Shown in pieces: positions 46,027-55,324 of a stretch of DNA of 64,000 nucleotides. The stretch comes from an uncultured delta proteobacterium. GTDB taxonomy: Bacteria; Desulfobacterota; Binatia; Binatales; Binataceae. Made by a program: the position numbers and the translations under genes. Under the pieces are notes generated by a model, which had not been told where the DNA came from, searched no databases, and saw only the letters and a list, made by a program, of their open reading frames with translations. The stretch is taken from positions 800,001-864,000 of the forward strand of contig CAVRVY010000001.1 in assembly GCA_963724765.1 (NCBI GenBank). Direction: 5' to 3'. Numbering within the stretch: position 1 is the stretch's first letter; each line of letters opens with the position of its first letter.

Positions 46027-47481
46027 CTACGCCGAAACCTGCTCGGCCGTGGACGTCTGCGCGCGCCGCTGGCGCATCGTGGAGAGGAACTGTCCGCCCT
46101 CTTTGAGCAGCCGCTTGCATTCTTCGCGCGAACCCATCATCTTGCGCACCGCTTTGAATATGTAACGCGGGCGGAAGTAGAAGCTGCGGTAAAAGCGCTC
46201 GACCGCGCCATAAATTTCATCGTTACTCAGCCCCGGATATTTGATCGTGCACTTCTGGTAGCCGGACTCGTCGAGCAACGGATCGACCGCCAGATAGCCG
46301 TTCTTGACTACATAGTTGTAAAGCTCGGTCCCCGGATACGGCGAGGCCAGCGAGACCTGGATGGTTTCGCAATCCATCTCGCGCGCAAAGCGCATCGTTT
46401 CCTGGATCGTCTCGCGGGTCTCGCCGGGCAGGCCGAGGATGAATGTGCCATGGATCAGGATGCCGATTTCGTGGCAGTCGCGAGTGAAGCGCCGCGCGCG
46501 GTCGAGCCTGACGCCTTTCTTGATGTTCTTGAGAATCTGGTCGTTGCCGCTTTCATAGCCGACCACGAACAGACGCAGGCCTCCGTCCTTGAGCACCTTG
46601 AGGGTTTCGTAATCGACGTTGGCCCGCGAGTTGGTGGACCAGGTGATGCCGAGCGGCTTAATCAGTTGCGCAATCTTGCGCGCGCGCCCCGGATCGGCGG
46701 TAAACGTGTCGTCGTCGAAGAACAGCTCCTTCATCTTGGGGAACTTGCTTTTCATCGCGACCACTTCTTCATAAACGTTCTCGGGACTGCGCACGCGGTA
46801 GCGATGGCCTTGTGTGACCTGCGGCCACAGGCAAAAAGTGCAGCGTGCCGGACATCCGCGTCCCGTGTACATCGAGACGTACGGATATTGGCAATAGGGA
46901 CTGTTGTATTTCAGGTAGTCGAGATTGTTTTGGTAAACCTCGGTGACGAACGGCAGTTTGTCCAGCTCTTCATTGGTGAGCTGGGCACGGTCGGGGTTGT
47001 GATGAATCGCCCCGTTCTTGCGATAGGAGATTCCCCCGATCTTGCTCCAGTCCCAGCCCTGCGCCACCTCGACCATCGAGTGGTCGAATTCACGCCGCCC
47101 GGCGATATCGATAGCGGATGAAACCTTGAGCGTCTCGTCAGGCTGGGCCGTGGGATGGCCGCCGACGAAAGCGATGATGCAATCGGGATTGGCGGCTTTG
47201 ATCGCCTCGGCCGTGCGCGCGTCCATCCGCAGCGACGGAGTCGAGGTGTGCAGCACCACGAAGTCGTAGCTCTTGGCTTCGTCAACCGTGCGCTTGAGGT
47301 CGTAACCGTGGGGCGGAGCGTCCAGCAGGCGCGCTCCCGGAATCATCCCGGCCGGGTAGGCCAGCCAAGTCGGATACCAGAACGACCAGACCTCGCGCGT
47401 GGCCTGGTAGCGCGACCCCGCACCACCGTCAAAGTCCTCATAGGAGGGAGGATTGAGGAAAAGCGTCTTCATCACGTCCAT
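46027..47481 (-). CDS. hpnJ: Hopanoid-associated radical SAM protein HpnJ
   Basis: FDGGAGSRYQA.RE..SFWYPTWLA N-terminus typical of HpnJ; CPARCTFC motif; FFDDDTF. Confidence 0.92.
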   Translation of the reverse strand: MDVMKTLFLNPPSYEDFDGGAGSRYQATREVWSFWYPTWLAYPAGMIPGARLLDAPPHGYDLKRTVDEAKSYDFVVLHTSTPSLRMDARTAEAIKAANPDCIIAFVGGHPTAQPDETLKVSSAIDIAGRREFDHSMVEVAQGWDWSKIGGISYRKNGAIHHNPDRAQLTNEELDKLPFVTEVYQNNLDYLKYNSPYCQYPYVSMYTGRGCPARCTFCLWPQVTQGHRYRVRSPENVYEEVVAMKSKFPKMKELFFDDDTFTADPGRARKIAQLIKPLGITWSTNSRANVDYETLKVLKDGGLRLFVVGYESGNDQILKNIKKGVRLDRARRFTRDCHEIGILIHGTFILGLPGETRETIQETMRFAREMDCETIQVSLASPYPGTELYNYVVKNGYLAVDPLLDESGYQKCTIKYPGLSNDEIYGAVERFYRSFYFRPRYIFKAVRKMMGSREECKRLLKEGGQFLSTMRQRRAQTSTAEQVSA

Positions 47482-47748
47482 ATTCTGGTCGTCTCCACGA
47501 GCCTGTCCGATTGGTTAGTGCGACTATACAAACCGCGCAGGGCACAGGCAAGATAGGTCGGCGCACGAATTGTTGGCGAAGACCTTGTCGGTCAAGCGCG
47601 CGCCCGCGCAAGCGGTGCGGCGCCCTGGGCCCGAAACAGGGCGGGCGACAGGAGCGGATCCGAATAGACCCAAGCGTCGAGCCTCCCCTCACGGGTCATG
47701 GGGCGGCAGTAATTGCCCGCTCGGCGCGCGCGCGATAGGTTGCCTGAA

Positions 47749-48228
47749 ATGCGAAGGACAGCAATTGCAATTGGAGGATTGATGCTGGCGCTGCTGGTGG
47801 CGCCGTCATTCGCGCGGAGCGACGAGTGGGAGCAGGTGCCGTCGGAGTCCGGCCAAGGCGCGGCTGCCGAGGGCAGCGGCGCGGCAAGGGCGCCGACGGG
47901 TGACAAGGGAGCGACGGGATGCATGATGGTGGGAGCGCTCGCCCAACAAGCGGCGAAGCAGCGTGACCAGGGAGTCAGCGAGCAATCCCAGCTTGCCAGC
48001 ATCGATCAGCCCAACGGCAAGCTTTACCAGCTCACGACCGGCAAAACGCTGTCGGCCGATACGGCAGGCACGCTGCGAACCCTGATACATCGCGATATCG
48101 CCTACGTCTATGAGCATCGCGAGATGACGCCCGCGCAGCTCGGCGCTCGTGCGCGCCAGACCTGCGGCAATCCCGAGAGTGGCGTCGAGCAGACTCCCGC
48201 TCCGGTTACCACCCCGTCACCCGGATGA
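47749..48228 (+). CDS. Secreted hypothetical protein (paralog 1)
   Basis: Signal peptide; shares WEQVPS, RDQGVSEQSQ, HRxxxYxYxHxxM and two Cys with next gene. Confidence 0.75.
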   Translation: MRRTAIAIGGLMLALLVAPSFARSDEWEQVPSESGQGAAAEGSGAARAPTGDKGATGCMMVGALAQQAAKQRDQGVSEQSQLASIDQPNGKLYQLTTGKTLSADTAGTLRTLIHRDIAYVYEHREMTPAQLGARARQTCGNPESGVEQTPAPVTTPSPG

Positions 48229-48252
48229 CTATGTGAGATACGTAAGACGGTC

Positions 48253-48735
48253 GTGAAACGCGTGACCAAGCGGATGATAGTCGCGGCATGCCTCACGGCG
48301 ATGCTGCTTGCGCCGCTCCTCAGCCGTGCTGACGACGACTGGGAACAGGTGCCCTCGAGCGGGGAGCAGGGCGGCAGCGATGTGGCGGTGCCGTCGGGCG
48401 GCGGCTCCGACGCTTCCGCGGTGGTAAATTTTCTCGTCGAGATGAGAGCAATCAGGGGCGACACCGGCAAGCCGTGCGAGGTCGTCGGAACCTACGCACA
48501 TCTGGCTGCGACCCTTCGCGACCAGGGCGTCTCCGAGCAGAGTCAGGAGCAGGATATCGACAACAACTTCGAGCGCGGCGCCGCCGAGCATCACGTTCCA
48601 AAGCCATGGATAAAGCCGATCGAGGTCGTGTTGCATCGTGAAGTAACCTACGCCTACGGGCATCCCGCGATGAGCGTCGACCAGGTCAAGTCGCACTGGG
48701 TCGGGATCTGCGAATCGCAGCGCAGCAGCGAATGA
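48253..48735 (+). CDS. Secreted hypothetical protein (paralog 2)
   Basis: Signal peptide ending SRA; same motif blocks as upstream gene. Confidence 0.75.
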   Translation: MKRVTKRMIVAACLTAMLLAPLLSRADDDWEQVPSSGEQGGSDVAVPSGGGSDASAVVNFLVEMRAIRGDTGKPCEVVGTYAHLAATLRDQGVSEQSQEQDIDNNFERGAAEHHVPKPWIKPIEVVLHREVTYAYGHPAMSVDQVKSHWVGICESQRSSE

Positions 48736-48764
48736 CAACGATCCCCTCTGCTCGGAAACTGCTC

Positions 48765-49763
48765 CTACGACGGCGCTTCGGCTGTCGCGCGCAGCGGGGG
48801 AGTTTCGGTCAGGACGAAGGCCACCACGCCGGTCAGATTGCCGAGCACGGTCGCCGCGAACCATAACAGCCCCAGCGCGATCGCGTCCGCCTTCGCCATC
48901 CCGGCCATCCCGAACAGCATCAGGTACGCCGTCTCGCGCACGCCCAATCCGTTAAGGGTCACCGGCAGGCTCGCGAACACGTTAGCGATCGGCACGCATA
49001 GCACGAACAACGTCAGCGGCGCCGACAGCCCAAGTCCGCGCGCCAGGATCCATTGACACACCGCAAGCGACAGTTGCAGCGCGATCGACAGCCCAATCGC
49101 CGGCATCATCGCGAGCGGCCGGTTGAGGTATGGCGCGATAGTCGCCGCGACACTGGCGATTCGCGCAGGCATCCGCGCCGCCAGCTTGCCGATGAGCGGC
49201 AGCGCGACGAAGCCGGCCAGCGAAATCCCGCCGACCGCGATCATTGGTAGCGTCACCGAGTGCGGCAACTTGACGCTCAGCGCTGCGGCCGCCGTGGCGG
49301 CCAACCAGAACAGCCCGATCAGACCCACGATACGGTCGGCCGCGACCGAGGCGATCGCGTCGGCCATCCGCTGATGGCGCCGGCCCAGATAGACCGCGCG
49401 CAAGGCGTCGCCACCGACCAACCCCGGCACGAAGACGTTGGTGAACATCCCGATGAAGGCGTAGCTCAGGTAGTCGATAAACGGTGCGGGGATTTTCAGG
49501 ATCGCGCCCAGCAGGCTCCATCGCCACGCCGACATTACCTGTCCGCCCACGTACAGTCCTATCGCTGTGAGAAAGAATGCGACCCGTTCGCGAGCGAGCT
49601 GATGGAGCACCGGGCGCACGTCGTAATGCCATAGCAGCAGCGTGACGATCACCAGTCCCGCGCCCACGCGCATCGCGAAACCGAGCACGGGATGGCTCTT
49701 GCGGGCGGGTGGCGATTCGGACGGTGGTGCGGGCGACGCGCCGATAGCCGCTTCAGCTTGCAT
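48765..49763 (-). CDS. Lysylphosphatidylglycerol synthase TM-domain / flippase-like protein (UPF0104)
   Basis: AWRW..L, FTNVFVPGLVGGDA.R, DRIVG, LPVTLNGLGVRE. Confidence 0.88.
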   Translation of the reverse strand: MQAEAAIGASPAPPSESPPARKSHPVLGFAMRVGAGLVIVTLLLWHYDVRPVLHQLARERVAFFLTAIGLYVGGQVMSAWRWSLLGAILKIPAPFIDYLSYAFIGMFTNVFVPGLVGGDALRAVYLGRRHQRMADAIASVAADRIVGLIGLFWLAATAAAALSVKLPHSVTLPMIAVGGISLAGFVALPLIGKLAARMPARIASVAATIAPYLNRPLAMMPAIGLSIALQLSLAVCQWILARGLGLSAPLTLFVLCVPIANVFASLPVTLNGLGVRETAYLMLFGMAGMAKADAIALGLLWFAATVLGNLTGVVAFVLTETPPLRATAEAPS

Positions 49764-51498
49764 AGCGTGGCTCACTGAATTTGAGGATCGCGCGCTTGCG
49801 CCATTCGGATCCAATCACGGTGAATTCTCCCAGCCGCTCGCGCAACTGTCCAAGTTCGCGTTCGTCGATCACCAGGACCACCGGCCCCGGCATATTCCAT
49901 AGCCTCAGCACATCGTCCTCCGAGCGAAAGAAATAGCGGCTGCCGTCGGCCGCGTGCATTTGGCCGAAGGCGAGTTCGGTCGGCGCGCCGACCAGGATCA
50001 CGCGGCGCCGGGTGTAAAACGGCAGCGCCTGGACATAGCGCGGGTAGCAGATGAGTGTCGCGTCCGGCGCGCGTGTCTGCACCATGCGCGCAAGCGCGGC
50101 GTAGGAACGCAGCGGCTCCGCCTCCAGACGGACATAGCTTCCGGCGCCTAACGCAATCGCCGCCGCCAGCACCATCGCCGCCAGTCCGGCGTCGAGCCGC
50201 CAATGGCGAAAGATTTCAGCCACCAGCGCGCCGCCGGCCGCGCCGATTAGGCCGAGCGCATAGAGCGCCGGCCGCGCAGCGATCACGTAGGGGCTGCTGA
50301 ACAACGGCGCCGTCATTGCCGCCACCAGCATCGCCACTCCGAGCAGGCTCAGGATAACGCCCACCGCGGCGAAGCGAATTCGCACGCCGGGAGGCTCTGC
50401 GCCGGCATGCGCGCCGGCCGGGAACGCGCGCGAATAAATTCCGTCGGCCAGCAACACCGCGATCGGCGCGGCGGCCGGCAGGATGTACGGGATGAGCTTG
50501 GCGCTGGCCGCCGAGAACATCACGATCACTACGGCGGCGGCGACGATACAGAAGCGCCCCGCCGGCGTGCGCGCGAGCGCGCGCCACGTGATGAACGGCG
50601 CCATCAGCGTCCACGGCATCATCCCGGCCGCCACCACTGGCAGATAGTAGTAAAAAGGCTCGCTGTGGCTGTAGCTGGATTGGAAGAAGCGGCGCAAATG
50701 CTCGCCGATGAAATAGAAGTCGACGAAACCGGGCTCGCGGATCGCGATCGCGATGAACCATGGCGCAGCGATCAGCAATACCATCGCGCCGCCCGCCAGC
50801 GCATGGAAGCGGCCGATCACGCCCGGCAATTCGCCCTGCCACCAGAGAAAGATCGCGAGCGTGAGGATCGGGATTGCCGCGGCCACCGGGCCCTTGGCGA
50901 GCAGGCCCATCGCGATCGCCGCGTAGCCGAGCCAGCACCAGCGTCCGCCCTCGCGCCAGTGCAGGTAGAGCGCGAACAGCGCCACCGTTACCGCCGCCGC
51001 GAGCAGCATGTCGGTGGTCAGCACTTGCGCCATCACGGCGTACAGCATCGAGGTAGTGAGAATCGCGCCGGCCAGCAGCGCCCGCCCGCGGCCCATCGTG
51101 CGCCGCACGAAAAGCCAGGTCATCAGCACGCCGCCGAGCGCGGCCAACGCCGGCGTCAGGCGCGCGGCGAATTCGTTGACGCCGAAGAGCGCCATCCACA
51201 TCGCGCCGAGCCAGTACAATAGCGGCGGCTTCTCAACGTAAGCGACGTAGTTGAGATGCGGCACGATGAAGTTGCGCGTGGCCAGCATCTCCCGCGCGAT
51301 CTCGGCGTAGCGCGCTTCGTCGGGCTCCCACAGGCCGTAACTGCCGAGATGGAAGAAGAAGACCGCGGACGCTAGCCCTAGCAATGCGAGCACTTCGACC
51401 TCGGACGAGCGCCAGAACGCGGCCGGCGCCGCGGATGCGGACGCGGCGGGCGATGCGAAGTGCGGCTCGATAGGCGCGGGCTCGGACACGACGCCCAA
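49753..51498 (-). CDS. ArnT-like lipid-carrier-dependent glycosyltransferase (GT83/GT-C)
   Basis: LWEPDEARYAEIAREM, YVEKPPLLYW, LAKGPV, APWF, HSEPFYYY, KL.PYILP. Confidence 0.9.
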   Translation of the reverse strand: MGVVSEPAPIEPHFASPAASASAAPAAFWRSSEVEVLALLGLASAVFFFHLGSYGLWEPDEARYAEIAREMLATRNFIVPHLNYVAYVEKPPLLYWLGAMWMALFGVNEFAARLTPALAALGGVLMTWLFVRRTMGRGRALLAGAILTTSMLYAVMAQVLTTDMLLAAAVTVALFALYLHWREGGRWCWLGYAAIAMGLLAKGPVAAAIPILTLAIFLWWQGELPGVIGRFHALAGGAMVLLIAAPWFIAIAIREPGFVDFYFIGEHLRRFFQSSYSHSEPFYYYLPVVAAGMMPWTLMAPFITWRALARTPAGRFCIVAAAVVIVMFSAASAKLIPYILPAAAPIAVLLADGIYSRAFPAGAHAGAEPPGVRIRFAAVGVILSLLGVAMLVAAMTAPLFSSPYVIAARPALYALGLIGAAGGALVAEIFRHWRLDAGLAAMVLAAAIALGAGSYVRLEAEPLRSYAALARMVQTRAPDATLICYPRYVQALPFYTRRRVILVGAPTELAFGQMHAADGSRYFFRSEDDVLRLWNMPGPVVLVIDERELGQLRERLGEFTVIGSEWRKRAILKFSEPRYAS

Positions 51499-51552
51499 GT
51501 GTATCGTGCGGGGCGCGCTCGCGCAGCTATGCGCGCGCGCCTTCGCTTCCCG

Positions 51553-53277
51553 CTATAGCCCTGCGGCGCCGCCGCCCTTGCGCCGGTCGAAAGCGCCATT
51601 CAGATCGCCCGGCGCAATCGTGATCGCGCCGACCGCTCCCAGCGACCGCACTTCCTTGAGCCGGTAACCCATCTGCGCCAACGCGCTGCGCGTTGCCGCC
51701 GGCATCGTGGATTCGACGAACACCACGTCGGGCGCGGCCTGCTCATGTACCCGCGGCTCGTCGACGGCCGCCTCGGGTCCGAGGTGGAAGTCGATCACGT
51801 TGAGCGCGACCTGCAACACGCCGCTGATGATCGTCGGGCCGCCCGAGGCGCCGGCCGTCAGCACCGGATGACCGTGTCGCATCACGATGATCGGCGACAT
51901 GCTCGAGAGCGGGCGCTTGCCCGGTGCGATCTCGTTGGCCACCACGCCCTCGAGCTTGAACACGTTGGGCACGCCTGGCCCGGCGGCGAAGTCGTCCATC
52001 TCGTCGTTGAGCACCAGGCCGAGGCTCGCTACCGTCATCTTGGCGCCGAAAATCGTATTGATGGTGGTAGTGACGGCGACCACGTTGCCGTCCTTGTCGA
52101 CCACCAGCAGGTTGGAGGTGCCGTGGTCGGAGGCTGGCGCGAGGTGTTCCGGTGCGCCGCGATGCAGCGCGCGCTGGAGCGCCTCATCTATATGGCGCTG
52201 CGAGAGCAGCACGTCGATTGGTACGTGGACGAAGTCCGGATCGGCGTACTGCGCGCGATCGATGAAGCCTTCGCGCATCACCTCGATAAGCCGCGCCAGG
52301 TAGGGCGGCGAATCGACGCCCAAGCCGGAGACCGGAGCGCCGGCGAGCATCCCGAGGATTTCCAGCACCACGCCGCCCGATGACGGCGGCGGCATCGTCC
52401 AGACCTCGCAGTCGCGGTAGGCGCGATGAAGCGGCGCGCGCCATACCGGCTGGTATTGGGCGAGATCTTCGGCGCCGATCAGCCCGCCGTGCGCCTTCAT
52501 CCATTCGGCGAGGGTTTGTGCGATCTCGCCATGATAAAAGCGCGTCACTGGGTCGTCACCGAGCGAGCGCAGCGTCGCGCCGAGCGCCTTCTCGTGCAGG
52601 ATGTCGCCAGGCTTGGGTGGCGCGCCCGCGGGCGTGAGGTAGGTCGCCTTAAGCCCCGGATCGGCGGCTATTTGCGTCGTGGTTCGCGCGATGTCTTCCG
52701 CCAGATGAGGGGTGGCGGGAAAGCCCTGTTCGGCGAGCCTGATGGCCGGCGCCGCGGCCGCGGCAAATTTTATCGTGCCGAAGCGCCGAAGCGCGGCGTC
52801 GAGCCCCGCAAGCTCGCCCGGTACCGCGACGGCCAGCGGTCCCGTGCGCGCCAACTCTTCGTCGACCCTGCCGTTGCGCACGTACATCGTGGCGCTGGCG
52901 GCCATCGGCGCTCGCTCGCGATAGTCGAGCGCGTAAAAATTGTGCGTGCGAGCCAAGTAGATAAGCATGAAGCCACCGCCGCCAATTCCGCTCGAGGCCG
53001 GGTTGGTCACGCCCACGGCGAGCGCGGTTGCGGCGGCGGCGTCGATCGCGTTGCCGCCGTGGCTTAGGATTTCCACTCCGGCGCTCGCGGCAAGGGCGTT
53101 TTCCGCAACCACCATTGCGCGATGCGCTTCGGTGGCGCGGGCCGGCACGGTGGCGACGCAGAGCGCGACGATTGCGAGTGCCACGCATCCGGCGCATATG
53201 ACGAACGCGCGCGCGCGGCGGGTTGCACCGAAAAAAGTTTGTGCGGAAAACATCACTGGCCTTTGTAACAGCGTCAT
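51553..53277 (-). CDS. ggt: Gamma-glutamyltransferase
   Basis: GGNAIDAA, SGIGGGGF, DYRERAP, HGTSNL nucleophile Thr, LNDEMDDF, PGKRPLSSMSP. Confidence 0.95.
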   Translation of the reverse strand: MTLLQRPVMFSAQTFFGATRRARAFVICAGCVALAIVALCVATVPARATEAHRAMVVAENALAASAGVEILSHGGNAIDAAAATALAVGVTNPASSGIGGGGFMLIYLARTHNFYALDYRERAPMAASATMYVRNGRVDEELARTGPLAVAVPGELAGLDAALRRFGTIKFAAAAAPAIRLAEQGFPATPHLAEDIARTTTQIAADPGLKATYLTPAGAPPKPGDILHEKALGATLRSLGDDPVTRFYHGEIAQTLAEWMKAHGGLIGAEDLAQYQPVWRAPLHRAYRDCEVWTMPPPSSGGVVLEILGMLAGAPVSGLGVDSPPYLARLIEVMREGFIDRAQYADPDFVHVPIDVLLSQRHIDEALQRALHRGAPEHLAPASDHGTSNLLVVDKDGNVVAVTTTINTIFGAKMTVASLGLVLNDEMDDFAAGPGVPNVFKLEGVVANEIAPGKRPLSSMSPIIVMRHGHPVLTAGASGGPTIISGVLQVALNVIDFHLGPEAAVDEPRVHEQAAPDVVFVESTMPAATRSALAQMGYRLKEVRSLGAVGAITIAPGDLNGAFDRRKGGGAAGL

Positions 53278-53470
53278 TCGCCCAAGGAAAGCTCGCGCGC
53301 ACGGCCGCGGGTGCAGCGAAGACCGGTCCGGGGAGGGTTTAACCGGTTAGATTTAGCGCGTGCGAAGTGCTTTGATCGCTTTCTCCCCTCGCGCCCCGCG
53401 CAAGCGCGTGGCGCGGGCGCAATCCAGGCCAAGAGTTCCAGATTAATTCCAGACTAAGAGGATAAGCCCA

Positions 53471-54292
53471 ATGGGATTCGACGAAATCATTTACGAAAAA
53501 GCCAACCGCGTCGCCGTGATCACGCTCAACCGCCCCGCGCGGCTCAACGCCTGGACCGGCCAGATGGAATCCGAATTGCGCGAGGCGCTGCTGGATTCCG
53601 AACACGACGACAAGGTCGGCGCGGTCGTGATTACCGGCGCGGGCAAGGCCTATTGCGCGGGCGCCGACATGGGCGCGCTCAACCGCGTGGCTGACGGCAC
53701 GACCTCGGCGGTGCAGGCCGTTTCGGGTGAGGTCGCCGGCACCAGCGAGACACGCGCGGACTTCCGCCAGCGCTTTTCCTGGATCGCCGGCCTCAGCAAG
53801 CCCGTGATCGGCGCGATCAACGGCGCGTGTGTCGGGATGGGCTTTACCACGGCGCTCTACCATGACATCCGGATCGCCTCGACGCGCGCGCGGATGGGGC
53901 TGATCTTCGTGCGCCGCGGCCTCGCCATCGAGCACGGCGCGAGCTGGCTGTTGCCGCGAATCGTGGGGCTCGCCAACGCGCTCGACCTCGCGCTAAGCGG
54001 GCGGCTGCTCGACGCGGAGGAGGCGCTGCGAATTGGCCTGGTAAGCCGGGTAGTGGCGCATGAGCAATTGATGCCGACGGCGCTGGAGCTGGCGGGCGAG
54101 ATCGCGACCAACTGCTCGCCGCTCGGAGTCGCGCATGCCAAGCGGCTCATCTATCACCATCTGTCGACCGACCTGGGCGCCGCGCTGGCGGAGGAGAACG
54201 AGTCAATTGCGGTGATGACGCATTCGGAGGATTTCAAGGAGGGCATCCGCGCCTTCCAGGAGAAACGTGCGCCGCGCTTCGTCGGGCGCTAA
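53471..54292 (+). CDS. Enoyl-CoA hydratase/isomerase family protein
   Basis: ITLNRPARLNA, YCAGADM, KPVIGAINGACVG, DFKEGIRAFQEKRAP. Confidence 0.93.
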   Translation: MGFDEIIYEKANRVAVITLNRPARLNAWTGQMESELREALLDSEHDDKVGAVVITGAGKAYCAGADMGALNRVADGTTSAVQAVSGEVAGTSETRADFRQRFSWIAGLSKPVIGAINGACVGMGFTTALYHDIRIASTRARMGLIFVRRGLAIEHGASWLLPRIVGLANALDLALSGRLLDAEEALRIGLVSRVVAHEQLMPTALELAGEIATNCSPLGVAHAKRLIYHHLSTDLGAALAEENESIAVMTHSEDFKEGIRAFQEKRAPRFVGR

Positions 54293-54335
54293 AGCGCAGG
54301 CGATATGGCGCGCACAGAAATCGGTAAACGGTCGT

Positions 54336-54821
54336 CTACTTGTCGAGCGGATGCTTGAAGCGGCGGTCGGGATGGCGCACGGTCAGTACCGCGCAGCCGG
54401 CCTTCTGCACCACGCGCTCGGCGACGCTGCCCAGCAACACGTGCGCAAGGCCGGTACGGCCGTGCGTTCCGAGCACGATGAGGTCGACATTGTCGGTCTG
54501 CGCAGCGTGGATGATCTCGAGAAATGGGGCGCCGACGCGCAGCAGGCTGCGCGCCTTGATTTGCGCGTCGCGCAGATGGGTGACGATCTTGTCGATCTCG
54601 CGCTGTGCCGCGAGCCGCTGTTCCTCGGCGATCTGGTTCATCGCGCCTGCATCGAAAGCGGGTCCCAGCTCGCTCACCATCACAGGCGGCAGCGGCTGGT
54701 CGACATGCAGCACGATTATTTCAGAGCCGAACTTGCGCGCCAGCTCCTCGGCGAAACGTTGCGCATTGAGCGAGTCGTCGGAGAAATCAGTGGCGAGCAG
54801 AATCTTGTTGAGTTCGGGCAC
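54336..54821 (-). CDS. Universal stress protein
   Basis: ILLATDFS, LHV, DLIVLGTHGRTG....LGSVAERVV. Confidence 0.93.
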   Translation of the reverse strand: MPELNKILLATDFSDDSLNAQRFAEELARKFGSEIIVLHVDQPLPPVMVSELGPAFDAGAMNQIAEEQRLAAQREIDKIVTHLRDAQIKARSLLRVGAPFLEIIHAAQTDNVDLIVLGTHGRTGLAHVLLGSVAERVVQKAGCAVLTVRHPDRRFKHPLDK

Positions 54822-54926
54822 GGCTGACAGACGATACGCTGGTGGCGGCCGGTTGGGCAAGCGCCCGGTGGGGTGGATTCCGAGTATCGCGGCGCACTAA
54901 AATCGGCCAGAGGACGGCGGTCATAA

Positions 54927-55295
54927 ATGAAACGCTCCGACACGATGGCGTTGCGTGACTTCGAGCGCGCCTGCGACGAACTTTTCGACGAGTGGCTCGG
55001 GCGATGGCGTGGCGGAGCCGTCGCCGCAGCTTCAGGGGGTGCGGTCGTGGTCGACCGCGGCGAGGAATACGAGGTACGGGTCGAGGCCGCCGTGGAGGAC
55101 CCGGAGGTAATTCATATCGAGGTCAGCGAGGCGGCCTTGATCGTGCGAATTCCGCCTGGCGCGCATCCGGCCATCGAGCGCAGGATGACCTTTGCGCAAC
55201 CGGTCGATCGCGAGCGCACCACGGCGCGCTGGGCGGGTGGCATGCTGACGATCGTGCTGCCCAAGCTGCGCGGCCGTCGCGTCAAAGTGCAATAA
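54927..55295 (+). CDS. Divergent Hsp20/alpha-crystallin-like protein
   Basis: DELFD N-terminal arm, YEVRVE, IHIEV, ERRMTFAQPVD....A.W.GGMLTIVLPK, C-terminal VKV (IXI-like). Confidence 0.65.
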   Translation: MKRSDTMALRDFERACDELFDEWLGRWRGGAVAAASGGAVVVDRGEEYEVRVEAAVEDPEVIHIEVSEAALIVRIPPGAHPAIERRMTFAQPVDRERTTARWAGGMLTIVLPKLRGRRVKVQ

Positions 55296-55324
55296 CCCGG
55301 ACACCGGACAAAAAGGAAGCGACG

